From contig NC_086108.1 of the NCBI RefSeq assembly GCF_963921235.1, positions 15,500,001 to 15,564,000 of the forward strand: a stretch of 64,000 nt of DNA, given 5' to 3'. Origin of the DNA: Mobula hypostoma (lineage: Eukaryota). Shown here piece after piece: positions 61,075-64,000 of the stretch (positions within the stretch are counted from its first letter, which is position 1; every line of letters starts with the position of its first letter). A program made the position numbers and the translations under genes. The notes under the pieces are model-generated. The model saw nothing but the letters and a program-made list of their open reading frames with translations, ran no database searches and had not been told where the DNA came from.

Positions 61075-61590
61075 CATTTTTACAGCAGCAGTACAGTGCA
61101 AAAGCATAGGATTACTGTAAATCATAAAAGTAAGTAATAGTGCAAATAAAAGGAATAATGATGCTTCCTTGTGTCAGGAACCATTCAGAAATCTAAAGGC
61201 AGAAGTGAAAAAGCTGTATCTGAATCACTAAGTTTACTGCTTCAGGCTTACTGATAATAGTAACGAGAAGAGGGCATATCCTAGATGGTGAGGATCCTTA
61301 GCAATGGATACCTCCTTCCTGAGGCACTGCCTTTTGAAGATGTCCTTGGTGGTGGAAAGGTTGTGCCTGTGATAGAGCCAACTGAGTGTACACCTTCCTG
61401 CAGCACCTTGTATTATGTACATTTGAGCCTCTATATAAGGCTTTGATGCAACAAGTTAGAATACATTCCAACCACACATCAATAGAAGTTTGGAAGAGTC
61501 TTTGATGACATATGAATCTCCTCAAAGTCTTAATGAAGTAGAGCTGTTGATATGCTTCTTTATAATAGATTCAATGTGTTGGCCCATTGT
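61075..61590 (-). mobile_element. Rex1/Babar LINE 3' remnant
   Basis: ECILTCCIKALY and IAKDPHHLGYALFSLL in ORFs 61234-61525. Confidence 0.75.
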
Positions 61591-62299
61591 ATGTAAGCTG
61601 CTTTTGCAGGTAACGGTACACTTTGCATCATTAACTGAGTGCACTGGTACCTTATAGTAAATTGAAGTATTATGGCTGTGCTGCATCTTAAGGGGCCACA
61701 TTTACAGGGAGGTGAATCAAACACAGTGATGATAGGTCAGCTGATGTTCCATTGGATGTCCTGATTATCATTTCTTACCTGACAGCATCCCACCTTCTAC
61801 CACACACCCACTCTTGTCTTCTCCCACGCCCCATGCAGCCACCACCTGCCTCTTGTACCCACCCCCATGACCAGCACACCTCCCTGTCTTGTCTCTCATA
61901 CCTCTCCTTCTGCTGCCTCACATTCAATAATCATCAGCATTTTGCTCCCTCACCCTCACTGCCCTGAGCCCTCAAATCCCATCTTCAAACTCGTGCCATT
62001 GATGGCTCCTGCTGCTACCTCACCTACATCTGTGCAAAGAGCCTGTCAGCAGAAATGCAAGTACTACAGTGTAGGCCACAAGTAAATTTATAATGAGTCA
62101 TTTTTGATTGCTATTTATGCAATTAATAATGTATTAGATTTTCCTTCAGTGATGTTACAGCTGGTGCTGGGGTTCATCTCAGGAAGTTTGGCATTGCATT
62201 CTTTTAGCTCTGTTTAGGCTAATTGCTCAAACTCTTGGGTCCTACGTATGCACTCTACCTGTTTCATGAACCTGTCTTTATACAGTAACGTGGCTGCAA

Positions 62300-63176
62300 G
62301 CTGACTAGCCCAGTCCCGTTATATTCATTTGTTACGCTCCAGGATAGCGTTACAGTGAATGGCTGTGAGCCTGTGTGCGCTTGGCAACTGTTACCAAGAG
62401 ACATAAAGAGAGAAAGCAGCTCGGATAGCCATTGGCGGTTCAGCTGCTGCTGCTCATTTGGAAGCAGGAAACCAAGGTAGCTGGAGTAGAGAATTCTTCC
62501 GCATCAGCTGTGATGGTGCAGACAAGGGGCTCAGGTGCAGCTGCTGAGGGACAAGAGTATGCAATAGCAGCGCTAATGTGCCACTGAAAGGATTGCTTCT
62601 CCAGCACAATGAAGGTGCCAGACTCCTTGCTAATTCACGAGATTGCTGCATAATTCTGTCGGCGTTCCTTTTCGCAAGTCCGTAGCACTGATTAATGTAT
62701 ATGGAAGGCTGAGGATTTCAAATTGTGCAGGAATACAGCTTGCACTGCTATTTTTGCCCACTTCGCTTACTTATCAATTGATTTCCTGATGCTGTCAGTA
62801 TTTCAGAAGACTTCAACGGGAGAAGAAATGTAGCATGTAGAGAGCAGTGTGAGAGGCTTGTGCATTTCTCCCAGGGCTCGCCGTCTTTTCCCGCTCTTCA
62901 TACAATAGCTCTCAATGAACAGCTGGAAGCAGTACACTGGAGGGAGCTCGTCAACGGCATTGCAATACTGAGGTGTGTCAGCAGTCCGCTGTTGCTGAGG
63001 AGGCATGTGCAGCTGTTAAACGCTGACTGCAGAGACCAACAAGAGCAGCAGAGTGAGCCGGAGGAGCGGAACGAGCCGGAGGAGCGGAACGAGCCGCAGA
63101 AACAGCAGCAGCAGTAACAGATGCCTTGCCAGCGATCTGCAGTCACTGTGGACTGTAGCCCACACCCATCTGTGTC
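62300..63176 (+). promoter_or_regulatory. Putative GPR52 promoter / 5' leader region
   Basis: No recognisable TE, more CpGs than the flanking intron, and directly upstream of the GPR52 ATG. Contains several short uORFs. TSS cannot be placed from sequence. Confidence 0.5.
63055..63096 (+). repeat. 18-bp tandem repeat (GAGCCGGAGGAGCGGAAC x2.3) in GPR52 leader
   Basis: Exact units at 63055-63072 and 63073-63090 plus a partial GAGCCG at 63091-63096. Confidence 0.9.
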
Positions 63177-64000
63177 ATGAACCACTCCACGACTGAATGG
63201 AATTCTAGGAGCCTGAGCAATACCTCAGCCAACTTATCCAATCACCACGCTTGCCCTCTCGGCTTTGGCTACAACGACATGGTTGATGTATGTGTTTTAG
63301 AGACTGTGATTATTGTGCTGTTGACAGTCCTGATCATTGTGGGGAATCTGACAGTCATCTTTGTGTTCCACTGTGCCCCTCTCCTTCACCACTACACCAC
63401 CAGCTATTTCATCCAGACGATGGCCTATGCCGACCTGCTGGTAGGGGTAAGCTGCTTGGTTCCTGCTCTCTCCCTCCTTCACTACTCCACAGGTATGCAA
63501 GAGTCCCTGACCTGCCAGGTGTTTGGGTACACCATTTCAGTGTTGAAAAGCGTTTCTATGGCATGCCTAGCATGCATCAGTATTGACCGTTACCTTGCCA
63601 TTACCAAACCATTGTCCTACAGCCAGCTGGTAACTCCATGCCGCCTTAGGATCTGTATCATTCTTATATGGATTTACTCTGGGACAGTGTTCTTGCCCTC
63701 ATTCTTTGGATGGGAGAAACCCGGATATCATGGAGACATCTTTGAATGGTGTGCCACCTTTTGGGAAACTAATGCGTACTTCACAGGCTTTATAGTCTGC
63801 TTGTTATATGCCCCAGCAGCCTTCATTATCTGTTTCACCTACTTCCACATATTTAAAATCTGCCGGCAACACACCAAAGAAATCAACGAACGCCGTGCCC
63901 GATTCCCCAGCCAGGAGGTGGAATCTGCTGAAGGTAGCCCCAGCCCCGACCGGCGCTATGCAATGGTCCTGTTTCGGATTACAAGTGTCTTCTACGTGCT
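63177..64000 (+). CDS. GPR52: G protein-coupled receptor 52, intronless, truncated by window end (274 codons visible)
   Basis: Open frame from ATG 63177 (G at -3) to the window end: [103 protein letters not shown]...[14 protein letters not shown]...[14 protein letters not shown]...[20 protein letters not shown]...[21 protein letters not shown] at 63585-63593. [16 protein letters not shown] and PDRRYAM are GPR52-type rather than GPR21-type, as recalled. Confidence 0.95.
   Translation, partial: MNHSTTEWNSRSLSNTSANLSNHHACPLGFGYNDMVDVCVLETVIIVLLTVLIIVGNLTVIFVFHCAPLLHHYTTSYFIQTMAYADLLVGVSCLVPALSLLHYSTGMQESLTCQVFGYTISVLKSVSMACLACISIDRYLAITKPLSYSQLVTPCRLRICIILIWIYSGTVFLPSFFGWEKPGYHGDIFEWCATFWETNAYFTGFIVCLLYAPAAFIICFTYFHIFKICRQHTKEINERRARFPSQEVESAEGSPSPDRRYAMVLFRITSVFYV

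Noticed and set aside
62860..63117. 85-aa Q/E-rich ORF upstream of GPR52 as an N-terminal extension or separate gene
   Set aside because: Starts at GTG, is in a different frame from GPR52 and stops at 63117. Its low complexity comes from the 18-bp repeat and a CAG run.
63290..63586. 98-aa ORF in the supplied track
   Set aside because: Out-of-frame shadow of the GPR52 coding sequence.

Overview
Eukaryotic, TE-dense vertebrate genomic DNA. A cartilaginous fish (ray or shark) is likely, inferred only from repeat types: CR1 LINEs with (TTCTATG)n tails, HE1/V-SINE-like and DeuSINE-like SINEs. Two host genes are visible, both on the + strand. One is a 151-bp internal coding exon of RABGAP1L (2814-2964, start of the TBC domain). 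The other is the intronless GPCR GPR52 (ATG at 63177, running off the window end and missing from the supplied ORF track), which appears nested in the RABGAP1L intron that follows that exon. The ~60 kb between them is layered transposon debris: many CR1 LINEs, Rex1/Babar, Tx1, RTE-like 5'UTR elements, Penelope-like elements (PLEs), hAT and Tc1/mariner-Tigger DNA elements, a solo LTR and SINEs, with several nested insertions resolvable by target-site duplications (TSDs). The most interesting signal is a minimal type I hammerhead ribozyme motif in the PLE termini. One copy with an intact catalytic core (26091-26126) lies on the sense strand of the host intron, and several decayed copies are scattered through the window. 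Other points of note are a uORF whose stop overlaps the GPR52 start codon (ATGA), a 337-bp rearranged PLE with a 17-bp TSD, and a short telomeric-repeat insertion. All family assignments come from motif recognition by eye, no searches were run, and boundaries of decayed repeats are approximate.
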